Below, piece by piece: positions 19,932 to 29,977 of a stretch of 64,000 nt of DNA. Under the pieces are notes generated by a model that saw nothing but the letters and a program-made list of their open reading frames with translations, had not been told where the DNA came from and did no database searches. Position 1 is the stretch's first letter, and every line of letters begins with the position of its first letter. The translations under genes were made by a program, and so were the position numbers. The stretch spans positions 928,001 to 992,000 of the forward strand of contig OZ242029.1 of NCBI GenBank assembly GCA_965205015.1, in the 5' to 3' direction. Origin of the DNA: Candidatus Poribacteria bacterium. Its GTDB lineage: Bacteria; Poribacteria; WGA-4E; WGA-3G.

Positions 19932-21089
19932 ATGAAAACCTATCGCGTTGCCATATTAGGATGTCGGAGCCGCGGCACCTCGGCAGCAAAAGCGTATCAC
20001 GCGCACCCACGCACTGAAATCGTGGCACTCTGCGACCTCGTCCAAGAACGGTTAGAGACGCTCGGCGACATCGTGAACGTCTCCGCACACTTCACCGACT
20101 TAGACGAGATGATTCGGCAGACAACACCCGATATTGTCGCAATCCCCACAGCAACAGAGGCACACTATCCGCTCTGTATGCGGGTCCTTGAACACGGCGT
20201 GAACATCGAGGTAGAGAAACCACTCTGTATCGATCTCGTTCAAGCCGATGAGGTACTGGCGAAAGCGAAAGCGAAAAACGCCCGCGTCGCTGTGCATCAT
20301 CAACGCCGCACGAGTCCATCGATGCAGGCAGTCGCCAAAGCCTTAAACGCAGGAAAAATCGGCGACCTACGCTACATCTACGCCAGTGGAAAAGGCTACT
20401 ACGCCGGTTACGGACTAATGAACATCGGAACGCACGTCGTCAACAACATGATGCGTTTCGGTGGGCACTGCCGGAGCGTCATGGCACAAGCAACGACGGG
20501 CGGACGTGCCATCGAACACGACGATGTCCTTCCTTCACCCGCTGGCATGGGGACAGTCGCAGGCGAATACGCCACAGCGACGCTCCAATTCGACGGAAAC
20601 GTCACCGGTACGCTCCTTCAGCACCGATTTCCGAAGGTAGACACCGATGCCTACGTCATGGAACTCTACGGCACTGAAGGGCGACTCTTCTGGTCGGAAT
20701 TGAAAGGTTCGTGGTGGCTCCCTACACCGCATTTCGTCCCTGACGGCACCCACGACCAATGGGAGACACTCGCCTCTATCTATCCAGACCATTTTGACCC
20801 CGACAAGGGCGCAAATGCCGATGATTACTGCTTCGTTGACGAATATGTGAAAGCATTGGATGAAAACCGAGAACATGAATCCAACGGCGAAGAGGGTCGC
20901 CATGTCATTGAGATTCTCATGGCAATCTTTGAGTCCGCCATCTACGGCACACGTGTGGAATTGCCCCAGAAAAACCGAGAGCATCCACTATTGCGATGGC
21001 GTACTGAAGCCGGTCTGGGTGAAATCAGGGATATGCCTCGCGATTACGGCACTTGGCTATCATTAGAAGACGAACGCCTCTACAAATAG
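19932..21089 (+). CDS. Gfo/Idh/MocA family oxidoreductase
   Basis: Rossmann VAILGC, EKPL, GTH motifs. Confidence 0.88.
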   Translation: MKTYRVAILGCRSRGTSAAKAYHAHPRTEIVALCDLVQERLETLGDIVNVSAHFTDLDEMIRQTTPDIVAIPTATEAHYPLCMRVLEHGVNIEVEKPLCIDLVQADEVLAKAKAKNARVAVHHQRRTSPSMQAVAKALNAGKIGDLRYIYASGKGYYAGYGLMNIGTHVVNNMMRFGGHCRSVMAQATTGGRAIEHDDVLPSPAGMGTVAGEYATATLQFDGNVTGTLLQHRFPKVDTDAYVMELYGTEGRLFWSELKGSWWLPTPHFVPDGTHDQWETLASIYPDHFDPDKGANADDYCFVDEYVKALDENREHESNGEEGRHVIEILMAIFESAIYGTRVELPQKNREHPLLRWRTEAGLGEIRDMPRDYGTWLSLEDERLYK

Positions 21090-21200
21090 CCGTCAGCCAT
21101 CAGCAATCAGCCGTCGGTAAAGCCGTTTTCAGTAAACTGAATGCCTCTTTCTGAGGGCTGAAAGCCGAAGGTTTCTGACAGCCACTTGAAGGACAAAACT

Positions 21201-22010
21201 ATGCCGAATCCTACGACGAATGCTGACAATCTATCACCGATCCCGCTCACAGAGGAACAACGTTTTCTCTTTGATACCCGCGGATGGCTCCTGTTTCCAG
21301 GTATACTCAGCGAAACCGAGATCAAAGAGATGCGCGAGTTCTGTTATCAACTCAAACAGGAACCCGAATCAATAATTCCCGAGCACCACCGCTCTCCCAT
21401 CGGCGGTCCTCTTGAGAGTCTAACCGATCATCCAGTTGTGCTCGGATTCATGAACGAATTCCTGACTTCAGGCTATGCCAATGAGGACTGCTACGGATTC
21501 CGATTGGAAGGCACGTTTCTAACAATCCGTCCGAATGGACACGACAACTTCAGTCCGCACGGTGGGCGCGGGATGCTCAACTTTCCCGGTAACTCACATA
21601 CCTATCACCTACACCACGACAGTGCACACAGTGGACTGACGCGCGTCGTCTGGGAACTCAACCCCGTTCAGAAAGGTGGGGGTGGAACGATGTTCCTCAC
21701 GGGGAGCCATAAAGGCGCATTTCCTGCTCCGAAGTCAACAGCAGATCGCAATTCCCCACTCTGGGAGGATTACACCTGTCCTGCCGGCTCCGTGCTTATC
21801 TTCACAGAGGCAATCACACATACCGGTGCAAGATGGACAGACGAAGAGATCGATCGCGTTGCGCTTTTCCACTGCTATAACACCGTTGGAAACAAATGGC
21901 ATAAATGGGAACCGCATCCGAAGCACGTCAAAGAGATGCCGTTCAAACGCCAAACGCTCTTCCGCCCAGTCCACTGTCAGGACAACACGCCAACCTTGGA
22001 TGCAGTGTAG
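21201..22010 (+). CDS. PhyH-like Fe(II)/2-oxoglutarate dioxygenase (HGG variant)
   Basis: FLFDTRGWL, PHGG, GSHK, AGSVLIFTEAITH. Confidence 0.8.
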   Translation: MPNPTTNADNLSPIPLTEEQRFLFDTRGWLLFPGILSETEIKEMREFCYQLKQEPESIIPEHHRSPIGGPLESLTDHPVVLGFMNEFLTSGYANEDCYGFRLEGTFLTIRPNGHDNFSPHGGRGMLNFPGNSHTYHLHHDSAHSGLTRVVWELNPVQKGGGGTMFLTGSHKGAFPAPKSTADRNSPLWEDYTCPAGSVLIFTEAITHTGARWTDEEIDRVALFHCYNTVGNKWHKWEPHPKHVKEMPFKRQTLFRPVHCQDNTPTLDAV

Positions 22011-22036
22011 TAAATAGTGTAGCGAAAGGATAAAAT

Positions 22037-23173
22037 ATGAAAATTACGAATGTGAAATCGTTTGCTTCAGCAGACGGCTATTTTTTTGTGAAAGTCGAAA
22101 CCGATGCGGGTATCTACGGTGTTGGTGAGGGCGGTCTCCGTCGCCGCTCCCTTGCCTTAGCCGAAGTCGTTCGCTCATTTGAACCGTTCCTCATCGGCGC
22201 AGATCCGTTCCGAATCGAACACCTATGGCAAGTGATGTTCCGTGGCGGCTTTTTCCCCGGCGGTGTCGTCCAATCCGCCGCAGTCAGTGCCGTAGACATC
22301 GCACTCTGGGACATCAAAGGAAAGGCACTGAATGTTCCCGTCTACGAACTTCTGGGCGGACGCACAAGAGACAAAGTCGTCTGCTACCCGCATAACGGCG
22401 GCGGATCAATTGATGCAATCATTGAAAGTTGCAGGCAAACCTACGAAGCCGGTTGGAAATTCGTCCGCTGGAGTGTGGTTGATCATTCTGACAGTGGAGG
22501 GACGTTTGAACCCAGACGCGCCATCCGAAACACCCTCAAGCAGGTGGAAGCCGTGCGTCAGGCATTCGGCGATGATCTCGAAATACTGATCGACGTGCAT
22601 ACCCGCCTCGATCCAGCAGACAGCCTCGATTTCTGTAACAAGGTCGCACAGTACAATCCATTTTTCATTGAGGATCCACTTCGCGCCGAGAACCCAGCGA
22701 GTCTCAGACGGCTTCGGCAGCAGACCTCGGTGCCTCTTGCCATCGGCGAGCAATTCGACAGCAAATGGACGTTCCGAGAAGTCATCGAAGAAGACCTCAT
22801 GGATTATTGCCGTGTTGATCTCTGCATCGCTGGTGGGTTAACAGAGGCACGTAAAATCGCTGGATGGTGTGAAACGCATTACATCTATATAGCACCACAC
22901 AATCCGTTGGGACCTGTATCCGCTGCAGCAGGACTGCATCTCTGTTTGTCATCCTCACTCGTCGGCGTGCAGGAACTCCCACGTGCCCCGATGTCTGCTC
23001 TAACCGATGCCTTTCCAGTTCAGGTGCCGTGGGAATCAGGCTATCTCCTACCACCTGAACGTCCGGGACTCGGCATCGAATTTAACGAAGACGCCCTTAC
23101 CGACGTCTCAACGCAAGAATACGGACCGCCTCACGGCTACCAACGCGATGACGGTGCCTACACGAATTGGTAA
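22037..23173 (+). CDS. Mandelate racemase/muconate lactonizing enzyme family (galactonate dehydratase-like)
   Basis: AVDIALWDIKGK, D.H, EDP, GE, PHN, PGLGIE. Confidence 0.88.
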   Translation: MKITNVKSFASADGYFFVKVETDAGIYGVGEGGLRRRSLALAEVVRSFEPFLIGADPFRIEHLWQVMFRGGFFPGGVVQSAAVSAVDIALWDIKGKALNVPVYELLGGRTRDKVVCYPHNGGGSIDAIIESCRQTYEAGWKFVRWSVVDHSDSGGTFEPRRAIRNTLKQVEAVRQAFGDDLEILIDVHTRLDPADSLDFCNKVAQYNPFFIEDPLRAENPASLRRLRQQTSVPLAIGEQFDSKWTFREVIEEDLMDYCRVDLCIAGGLTEARKIAGWCETHYIYIAPHNPLGPVSAAAGLHLCLSSSLVGVQELPRAPMSALTDAFPVQVPWESGYLLPPERPGLGIEFNEDALTDVSTQEYGPPHGYQRDDGAYTNW

Positions 23174-23360
23174 TACCAACCCCGGGAGGTGCGGTTAGAT
23201 GAAGTTTAAATAAATATTTCGGTAATCCTATCCCAAAAAAGACTTTGTAGGGGGTTTTTGCTTGGGTGTTTCCCCAGGTCTTGTGCCTGCCCACATATTA
23301 CCGAATTAAATTCTTAATCTTCATGAAACCGCACCACACCCCACAACGAAGGAGAATTGA

Positions 23361-24587
23361 ATGACAACTGCTGAAATCAAAGAGATGGCGACGGAATATA
23401 TCATTAATACTTACGGTGACAGAAGTCTCGCGTTCGTTAAAGGCGAGGGTCCCTATCTCTGGGATGCCGATGGTAAGAAATACCTCGACTTCCTCGGGGG
23501 ACTCGCCGTCAACGGATTAGGGCACTGCCATCCGAAGGTTGTCGCCGCCATTCGTGAACAAGCAGGCGAACTGCTGCACACATCCAATCTCTACTATATC
23601 CAACCGCAAGCAGAACTCGCGAAATTGCTTATCGACAACTCCGATATGGATCAGTGCTTCTTCTGTAATAGCGGTGCTGAAGCAAACGAAGCAGCAATTA
23701 AGTTAGCACGGAAATATGCCAAAGACGTAGATATAAGATCGCTGCGGCTTGATATATTTGAAGACGATGGAACCGATCCCTACGAAATCATTACGATGGA
23801 GAACTCGTTCCATGGACGGACGATGGCGACCATCACCGCCACCGCACAAACGAAATACCATGTCGGATTTGAGCCGATGCTCGAAGGCTTCAAATACGTC
23901 CCATTCGACGATCTGGAAGCAACCGAAGCCGCCATCAGTTCCAAAACCTGTGCCATTTTAGTCGAGCCGATTCAGTCCGAAGGCGGCGTTAATATCCCCA
24001 GCGATGGGTATCTCCAAGGATTACGAGAACTGTGTGACAAATATGAGCTCTTACTCATCTTCGATGAAGTCCAGACAGCAATGGGCAGATTAGGCACATT
24101 TTTCGGATACCAAAGCTACGGCGTTGTGCCAGATGTGATTACGATGGCAAAGGCGCTCGGTAGCGGTGTACCAATCGGTGCGATGTTGGCGAAACGACAC
24201 ATCGCAGAGAGTTTCGTCCCCGGTACGCACGCCGCAACATTCGGCGGAAATCCGTTAGTTACGGCGGCGGCATCTGCAACCGTCAGCACCATTCTGGAAG
24301 AAAACCTCGCCGTGAACGCCGTTAAAATGGGGAATTACCTCGCCGGTGGACTCATGGAACTAAAGGACAAGTACCCGATTAAAGAGGTACGAGGCAAAGG
24401 CTTACTCCGCGGCTTAGTCATGGACGTCGATGCGAAACCGCTCGCTGCGCAGTGTATTGAGAACGGACTGGTCACCATCTGCACCAACGATTATGTGCTT
24501 CGGTTCTTACCACCGCTCAATATCAACGCCGGGCACGTTGAGGAAGCCGTTAACATCGTCGAAAAATCGATGTCTGAAGTTCTCTAA
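23361..24587 (+). CDS. argD: Acetylornithine aminotransferase
   Basis: NSGAEANEAAIKLAR, SFHGRT, EPIQSEGG, FDEVQT, AKALGSG, TFGGNP. Confidence 0.9.
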   Translation: MTTAEIKEMATEYIINTYGDRSLAFVKGEGPYLWDADGKKYLDFLGGLAVNGLGHCHPKVVAAIREQAGELLHTSNLYYIQPQAELAKLLIDNSDMDQCFFCNSGAEANEAAIKLARKYAKDVDIRSLRLDIFEDDGTDPYEIITMENSFHGRTMATITATAQTKYHVGFEPMLEGFKYVPFDDLEATEAAISSKTCAILVEPIQSEGGVNIPSDGYLQGLRELCDKYELLLIFDEVQTAMGRLGTFFGYQSYGVVPDVITMAKALGSGVPIGAMLAKRHIAESFVPGTHAATFGGNPLVTAAASATVSTILEENLAVNAVKMGNYLAGGLMELKDKYPIKEVRGKGLLRGLVMDVDAKPLAAQCIENGLVTICTNDYVLRFLPPLNINAGHVEEAVNIVEKSMSEVL

Positions 24588-24588
24588 G

Positions 24589-25452
24589 ATGTCATATATC
24601 GAAAAGCGCAACGCCACCGCATGGACAACAACCTATGTGTTCTGTCTCCTTCTTGCAGTCGTCGGATGTACGGGTCGTACAACTACAATTGAATTGTCAC
24701 CCGCGACCCGTACGGAATTGGACGCTATCCTCAACACACTGCAAGCGAGATACGACCTGACCGGCTCCTTAAAGATCACCCGAATGATCGTAACGATTGA
24801 GGAGGATGACCGGCGTGAGGAACTTCGAGAACTATTGTGGTATAAAAAATCAGAGAACGGCGGGGAACTGCTCCACATCCAAGCACTCGGAGGAATGAAC
24901 GAAACACGCGGCATCGCAATTGCCAATCAGGATAAGAACCAATTCCTACTCCGTCTTGTAAACGAGCAGAAAGCCTACCTTGGACCATTATCGGACGGAG
25001 TTTTGCGCGAAATTTTCGGTGTCGATCTACGCGTGTCAGATGTATTGAGTGCGATTTTCGCCAATCCGTTCCTTGACGGACGCACTGCTGACTTCATATC
25101 TGTTGAAAGCTCAGGGGCAAAATTCACCATCAAGCGTGCCGGTGCGCAAACTGGATATGTGGAGACCATTACGCTCTTTATTCGCGACGGTGAACCACGA
25201 GTTACAGAATGGCATATCCACAATGAAAATGGCACGCTTGAACAACACGCCATTTTCGGCGATTACCGTGAGGTGAGCGGGATCCTCCGACCCCACAAGG
25301 TGGAAATCGAACGTCCAGTTGAACAAACGCGGGTCGCAGTGAAGATTGCCAAAGTCGAACTGAACGTCGAGATTAGTGACAGTAAGTTTGATCCCGAACC
25401 CTTTCTGGGCGAGGATGTTGAAATCATCCCCTTGTCAGAATTACGGGAGTAG
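24589..25452 (+). CDS. Lipoprotein, LolB/DUF4292-like
   Basis: Lipobox VVGC; sits directly before ispE, the usual lolB position. Confidence 0.5.
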   Translation: MSYIEKRNATAWTTTYVFCLLLAVVGCTGRTTTIELSPATRTELDAILNTLQARYDLTGSLKITRMIVTIEEDDRREELRELLWYKKSENGGELLHIQALGGMNETRGIAIANQDKNQFLLRLVNEQKAYLGPLSDGVLREIFGVDLRVSDVLSAIFANPFLDGRTADFISVESSGAKFTIKRAGAQTGYVETITLFIRDGEPRVTEWHIHNENGTLEQHAIFGDYREVSGILRPHKVEIERPVEQTRVAVKIAKVELNVEISDSKFDPEPFLGEDVEIIPLSELRE

Positions 25453-25464
25453 TGGACAAAAATC

Positions 25465-26343
25465 GTGCAAAAGATACGGGTTCGTGCTCACGCGAAAATT
25501 AACCTCTATCTGGATGTCGTAGGCAAACGCGAGGATGGCTATCACAACCTCGAAACGATCTTTCACTCTATCGGACTCCACGATGATGTCACCATCGAGA
25601 AAAAAGAGACGAAGGACATAACGGTTCGCTGTGAACATCCGGGGGTCCCCTGCGATTCGCGGAATCTGGCATATCAAGCGGCGCAGCTTCTCAGTGATGC
25701 GGTAGGCGGTATCAGTGGGATTGCAATTGACCTCCACAAACGGATCCCGGTCGCAGCTGGGCTGGCAGGTGGAAGCGCGAACGCCGCTGCCGTCCTCTAC
25801 GGCATGAACGAACTGTTCGGGCTAAATTTTACACAGGAAACCCTGATGCGTTTTGGCGGACAGTTGGGGGCAGATGTCCCGTTTTGCCTACACGGTGGCG
25901 CAGCCTTAGGACTCGGCATCGGCGACCTGTTAACGCGTCTCCCTGTCCTCTCCGATGTACCTCTGCTCCTTCTAAACCCCGGCATCGAAATTCCGACAGC
26001 AACTGTCTTTAAGAAATTGAATTTTTCCTTGACAACAGAAGAAAAAAGCAGTATAATTATAAGGACCTGTTTGGAGAAGAGCGATATCGCCGGTATCGGG
26101 AAAAACCTATACAACCGCCTTGAGGTCCCAGTTTTTTCCGAATATCCCGAAATTGCCGCGCTAAAAACCGAGTTATCTACGCAGACTGGGTCTTGTGGCG
26201 CGCTGATGTCGGGGAGCGGTGCTACGGTGTTCGCCGTGATGCAAAACGGGGACACAGCACGTCGGTGTGAGTCATACTTCAAAGACAGGGTCAGTTTTTG
26301 TACAACCACGGTAACCAGCCCCGTCGGTGTATCTGTATATTAA
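25465..26343 (+). CDS. ispE: 4-diphosphocytidyl-2-C-methyl-D-erythritol kinase
   Basis: AKINLYL, GYHNLET, IPVAAGLAGGS, GADVPF, MSGSG. Confidence 0.95.
   Translation: MQKIRVRAHAKINLYLDVVGKREDGYHNLETIFHSIGLHDDVTIEKKETKDITVRCEHPGVPCDSRNLAYQAAQLLSDAVGGISGIAIDLHKRIPVAAGLAGGSANAAAVLYGMNELFGLNFTQETLMRFGGQLGADVPFCLHGGAALGLGIGDLLTRLPVLSDVPLLLLNPGIEIPTATVFKKLNFSLTTEEKSSIIIRTCLEKSDIAGIGKNLYNRLEVPVFSEYPEIAALKTELSTQTGSCGALMSGSGATVFAVMQNGDTARRCESYFKDRVSFCTTTVTSPVGVSVY
26029..26057 (+). promoter_or_regulatory. Consensus sigma-70 promoter inside ispE, likely for tRNA-Gln/rplY
   Basis: TTGACA-17bp-TATAAT. Confidence 0.7.
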
Positions 26344-26350
26344 TGATTAA

Positions 26351-26422
26351 AGGGCGGTGGCCAAGCGGTAAGGCACAGGTCTTTGGAACCTGCATGCGTA
26401 GGTTCGAATCCTACCCGCCCTG
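26351..26422 (+). tRNA. tRNA-Gln(TTG), CCA not encoded
   Basis: Acceptor AGGGCGG/CCGCCCT, anticodon arm CAGGT-CTTTGGA-ACCTG, T arm GTAGG-TTCGAAT-CCTAC. Confidence 0.95.
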
Positions 26423-26557
26423 TCCCCTTTTAGGCACGGTTACCGAATCGCAGTATAACATCAGAAACCTTAGCACGTAATGAAATGGAGTGCGGATTTA
26501 AGAAAGGCACATCAAAGTTCAAACCTACCTCATTTAACCGCAAGGTATAATTAAAAG

Positions 26558-27235
26558 ATGCAACAAGCAAAATTAGAAGCGCAACAACGCAACACCTTTG
26601 GAAAGCAGAGCGCTCGGGACCTTCGGAAAGAAGGCGGGGTCCCTGCTGTGCTCTACGGTCGCGCACAAGACACTCTGGCGATCCAACTCAACGCGCGAAC
26701 CTTCAAACAATTCCTACGCACCTATGGTGAAAACGTCATCATTAATATGGAAGTCGGTGTTGGCGACACTGAAACTGTTATTATCAAAGAAATTCAGCGT
26801 CATCCGGTAGATAAACAGACCTTACTCCATGCGGATTTCATCAGAATCTCTCTGGATGAACCCGTGACATCCGCCGTGCCGGTAGTTATCGTAGGCAATC
26901 CACCCGGTGTTCAAGAGGGTGGAGTCCTTGAGATCCCCCTCCGCCAAGTGACCCTTCACTGTCTACCGATGCAAATGCCGAACGATATCACCATTGATGT
27001 CAGCCACTTGGAAATCGGTGACTCCATCACTGTCAGCGAATTAACCTTCGGCGAGGAAATCGACATCTTAGATGAACCAGAACGGACTATTGCGATGGTG
27101 AGCCAACCGCGCATCCAACTTGAGGATGAATTAACAGAGGCTGAAGAGGGTGAAGGAGAAGAGGAAGAAGCCGCTGAAGAACCTACGGAACCAGAAATTA
27201 TTTCCCGTAGGCGCGATGACAACGACGACGAATAA
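26558..27235 (+). CDS. rplY: 50S ribosomal protein L25 (Ctc form)
   Basis: R..GK..AR.LR..G.VPAVLYG, QRHP, HADF, acidic tail. Confidence 0.95.
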   Translation: MQQAKLEAQQRNTFGKQSARDLRKEGGVPAVLYGRAQDTLAIQLNARTFKQFLRTYGENVIINMEVGVGDTETVIIKEIQRHPVDKQTLLHADFIRISLDEPVTSAVPVVIVGNPPGVQEGGVLEIPLRQVTLHCLPMQMPNDITIDVSHLEIGDSITVSELTFGEEIDILDEPERTIAMVSQPRIQLEDELTEAEEGEGEEEEAAEEPTEPEIISRRRDDNDDE

Positions 27236-27257
27236 CGTTGTAAGGAACATTAGAAAA

Positions 27258-28394
27258 ATGGTTCGCGCGCTTTTTTTCAGCATCCTCACGTGGATTATCG
27301 CACTCAATGGGCATGCTCAAGAAAACGCCGTTCGCTTTATTGATGTCAATGGCGCAACCATCGCCGAAGTGCCTGCCCAACGCCAAGCGGAGCAGATTTA
27401 CCTCCCCGTTGACGCGGTCAGACAGGTTTTCGATCCTAACATGACGGATCAATACAATCATCCACGAAAACGACTTACCCTGAAAACCAAAGACACGCAA
27501 ATCCGTTTACACATCGGACACCCGATCGTCGGTATCGATCCGAGTGGACTGACACATACCCTTCCGGCTCCCCCAATAATCATCGCGCAACAGCCGATGT
27601 TGCCTATCGCTTTTTTTACCCAAATTCTACCAGATTTCTACAATCTCGAAGCCCTTTACAACTCCAACTTGAAAAGGGTCCAGCTGAGACCCAAGGGAAC
27701 ATGGACTTTCCTCGCCGGATCAGGTAATCCCGTGAATTGGGCAATTATCATTGACCCAGGACACGGGGGGGCAGATGACCGTGGATGCGAAAGTAGTACA
27801 GGTCTCCTTGAGAAAGACATTGTACTTGCACTCGCAAAACAACTTTCTTCGATCAGCAAAGCACAAGGCATACAGGTCTACCTCACACGCCAGACAGATA
27901 TGAAAAAGACGCACTTTGAGCGCATTCAGGTTGCAAAACGGAACCAAGGACAACTCTTTCTCAGTCTACACTGCAACGCATCTTTTTCACCACATGAAAA
28001 GGGAATTAAGATTTACCTCAACAGTCCCAAAGGGCAACTTCGATTCCCAAGTAACGTTCAGTCAGCACTTACAGGACAACGGTTAAATATCCTTGCGCAA
28101 GCCAATTTCCTAAAGCAGAGCCAAGACTTCGCACACGTACTGCAAACGGAATTGAATTTTCTAACGGAAACACCCGTCGAAATTACCGAACTCCCACTGG
28201 CAGTGTTATCCGAAACCTATATGCCAGCGGTCCTTTTGGAAGTCGGCTATCTCTCCAACGTGGAGGATTTAGAGAAACTCTCTAATTCTGAATACATTGC
28301 AGATCTTGCCAGAGCAATTGTCCGCGCTTTCCAACGATACATTTCTTCTATTAACCCACCTGTCCGATCAACAGCATTAGAACAAGAACAGTGA
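27258..28394 (+). CDS. N-acetylmuramoyl-L-alanine amidase (Amidase_3)
   Basis: IIIDPGHGG, EKD, FLSLHCNA, PAVLLEVGYLSN. Confidence 0.9.
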   Translation: MVRALFFSILTWIIALNGHAQENAVRFIDVNGATIAEVPAQRQAEQIYLPVDAVRQVFDPNMTDQYNHPRKRLTLKTKDTQIRLHIGHPIVGIDPSGLTHTLPAPPIIIAQQPMLPIAFFTQILPDFYNLEALYNSNLKRVQLRPKGTWTFLAGSGNPVNWAIIIDPGHGGADDRGCESSTGLLEKDIVLALAKQLSSISKAQGIQVYLTRQTDMKKTHFERIQVAKRNQGQLFLSLHCNASFSPHEKGIKIYLNSPKGQLRFPSNVQSALTGQRLNILAQANFLKQSQDFAHVLQTELNFLTETPVEITELPLAVLSETYMPAVLLEVGYLSNVEDLEKLSNSEYIADLARAIVRAFQRYISSINPPVRSTALEQEQ

Positions 28395-28571
28395 CACATC
28401 AATCGGTTCAGGACCGACCCCTACTCGCAGCCGACAGCCGATAGCCATTAAAACAAAAAACGCAGCCCGTAACGAAGTGGAGGGGTTTTTGATTGGGCAT
28501 TTCTTCAACTCGAACACAAAAACGCTCAAAGTCCGAAACATCGAAACTTATCCGCAAGGAAAATTAAAAAA

Positions 28572-29165
28572 GTGAAATATAACAGCAATGCAGGGTTTTC
28601 AAGACTTTTAGTGATATGGGGAATCACCTCGGTCCTCATCGCAGTTGGTCTCGGTGCGACGTTATTTCTGATTGAACGATCGAAGCAATCGGCGATTCCA
28701 ACAGCCCCGCCACCATTGCCTATCGCCGCGAATCCGTCAGACATACCACCACCACCACAAGAGATCAATCTCTTTCTTCTCGATACTTCTGCCCTGACGC
28801 TTGTCCCAGTTAAAACCGAACGACGACTCCATGCCGAATTTGCCAAACGCTTGAGCCAGATAGTTACAGCACTCATTCAGGAAACACCACCCAACTTTAG
28901 AAACACGATCCCGCGCGGAACAGTCCTCAACGAAGCCTACATTGATAGTCAACAAACCGCATACTTGGATTTTTCAAATCATCTCACCGATGGACATATC
29001 GGCGGGACGACAGCCGAACTTTTGACCATTACAGCAATTCTTAAAACCGTATTCGACGCATTTCCCGATGAAATTGAACAGGTTCAGATTTTAATTGATG
29101 GCGAGGAAGTGAAAACCCTCGCGGGACACCTGAATCTTTCACAGCCTTTACATCTGTTTCAATAA
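28572..29165 (+). CDS. GerMN domain protein
   Basis: AYLDFS, GG...E, VQILIDG...TLAGH; N-terminal TM. Confidence 0.85.
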   Translation: MKYNSNAGFSRLLVIWGITSVLIAVGLGATLFLIERSKQSAIPTAPPPLPIAANPSDIPPPPQEINLFLLDTSALTLVPVKTERRLHAEFAKRLSQIVTALIQETPPNFRNTIPRGTVLNEAYIDSQQTAYLDFSNHLTDGHIGGTTAELLTITAILKTVFDAFPDEIEQVQILIDGEEVKTLAGHLNLSQPLHLFQ

Positions 29166-29276
29166 GTGTCAAAAAAGTCTGAACTATGATTTATGTGATT
29201 ATCCGATAGGCATTGAAGGGCCCATCACCATAAGAATCAAACAAATCATAAAGACCCTGGGACTGAGGGCTATTCT

Positions 29277-29858
29277 ATGAACAAGAAACTAAAACTCATT
29301 GTTGGACTCGGCAATCCAGGAATACGCTACGAACGGACGAAACATAACGTCGGTTTTCGCGTGATTGACGCGCTCTACGAGAAATGCAGTAAAGGAGAGG
29401 TCCCCGCGCCGCATACATCAATTTGTAAATCACTCGTTAGACAGGCGACATGGCACGATCTATCAATTCTCCTTGCAAAACCGATGACCTATATGAACAA
29501 CAGTGGCACTGCTGTCGCGGCACTCATCAGACAGTTCGAGATTTCACACTCGGAATTGTGCGTCGTCTATGATGACATTCACTTAGACCTCGGTGTGCTT
29601 CGGATGCGGCAGAAAGGGAGCGATGGCGGTCAGAAGGGAATGAAGTCTATTATTCATCATTTGGGTACTACCGCATTTCCGCGCTTGCGTATCGGCATCG
29701 GCGCCCCCATCGGTGACTTAACGGATTATGTCCTTACGGATTTTACACAAGACGAAGAAATTGAGATAGCACATACCATCGACCGTGCTGTTGATGCCGT
29801 TGAAACCTTCGTCAAAGATGATATTCTTACAGCAATGAACCAATTCAACAGACGCTGA
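29277..29858 (+). CDS. pth: Peptidyl-tRNA hydrolase
   Basis: IVGLGNPG, HNVGF, KPMTYMNNSG, RLRIGIG. Confidence 0.95.
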   Translation: MNKKLKLIVGLGNPGIRYERTKHNVGFRVIDALYEKCSKGEVPAPHTSICKSLVRQATWHDLSILLAKPMTYMNNSGTAVAALIRQFEISHSELCVVYDDIHLDLGVLRMRQKGSDGGQKGMKSIIHHLGTTAFPRLRIGIGAPIGDLTDYVLTDFTQDEEIEIAHTIDRAVDAVETFVKDDILTAMNQFNRR

Positions 29859-29865
29859 ATGGGGG

Positions 29866-29954
29866 TCAGTTTCAGTTATCGGTTATCGGTTACAAGAGGT
29901 TTCTGTTAAACGAAACTTCTTAACTGAAAACCGAAGACCGACAACCGACAACTA
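29866..29954. repeat. Heptamer-armed palindromic intergenic repeat (family member)
   Basis: (ttatcgg)n arm, aagaggtttc...gaaacttctt core, (ccgacaa)n arm; relatives near 21090, 30961, 35678, 37425, 39330, 41832, 44790. Confidence 0.7.
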
Positions 29955-29977
29955 TTATCAAACCAAACAGGAAACTG

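Noticed and set aside
26351-26460. tRNA-Gln as an integration site
   Set aside because: No integrase nearby and I found no duplicated tRNA 3' end in the window.
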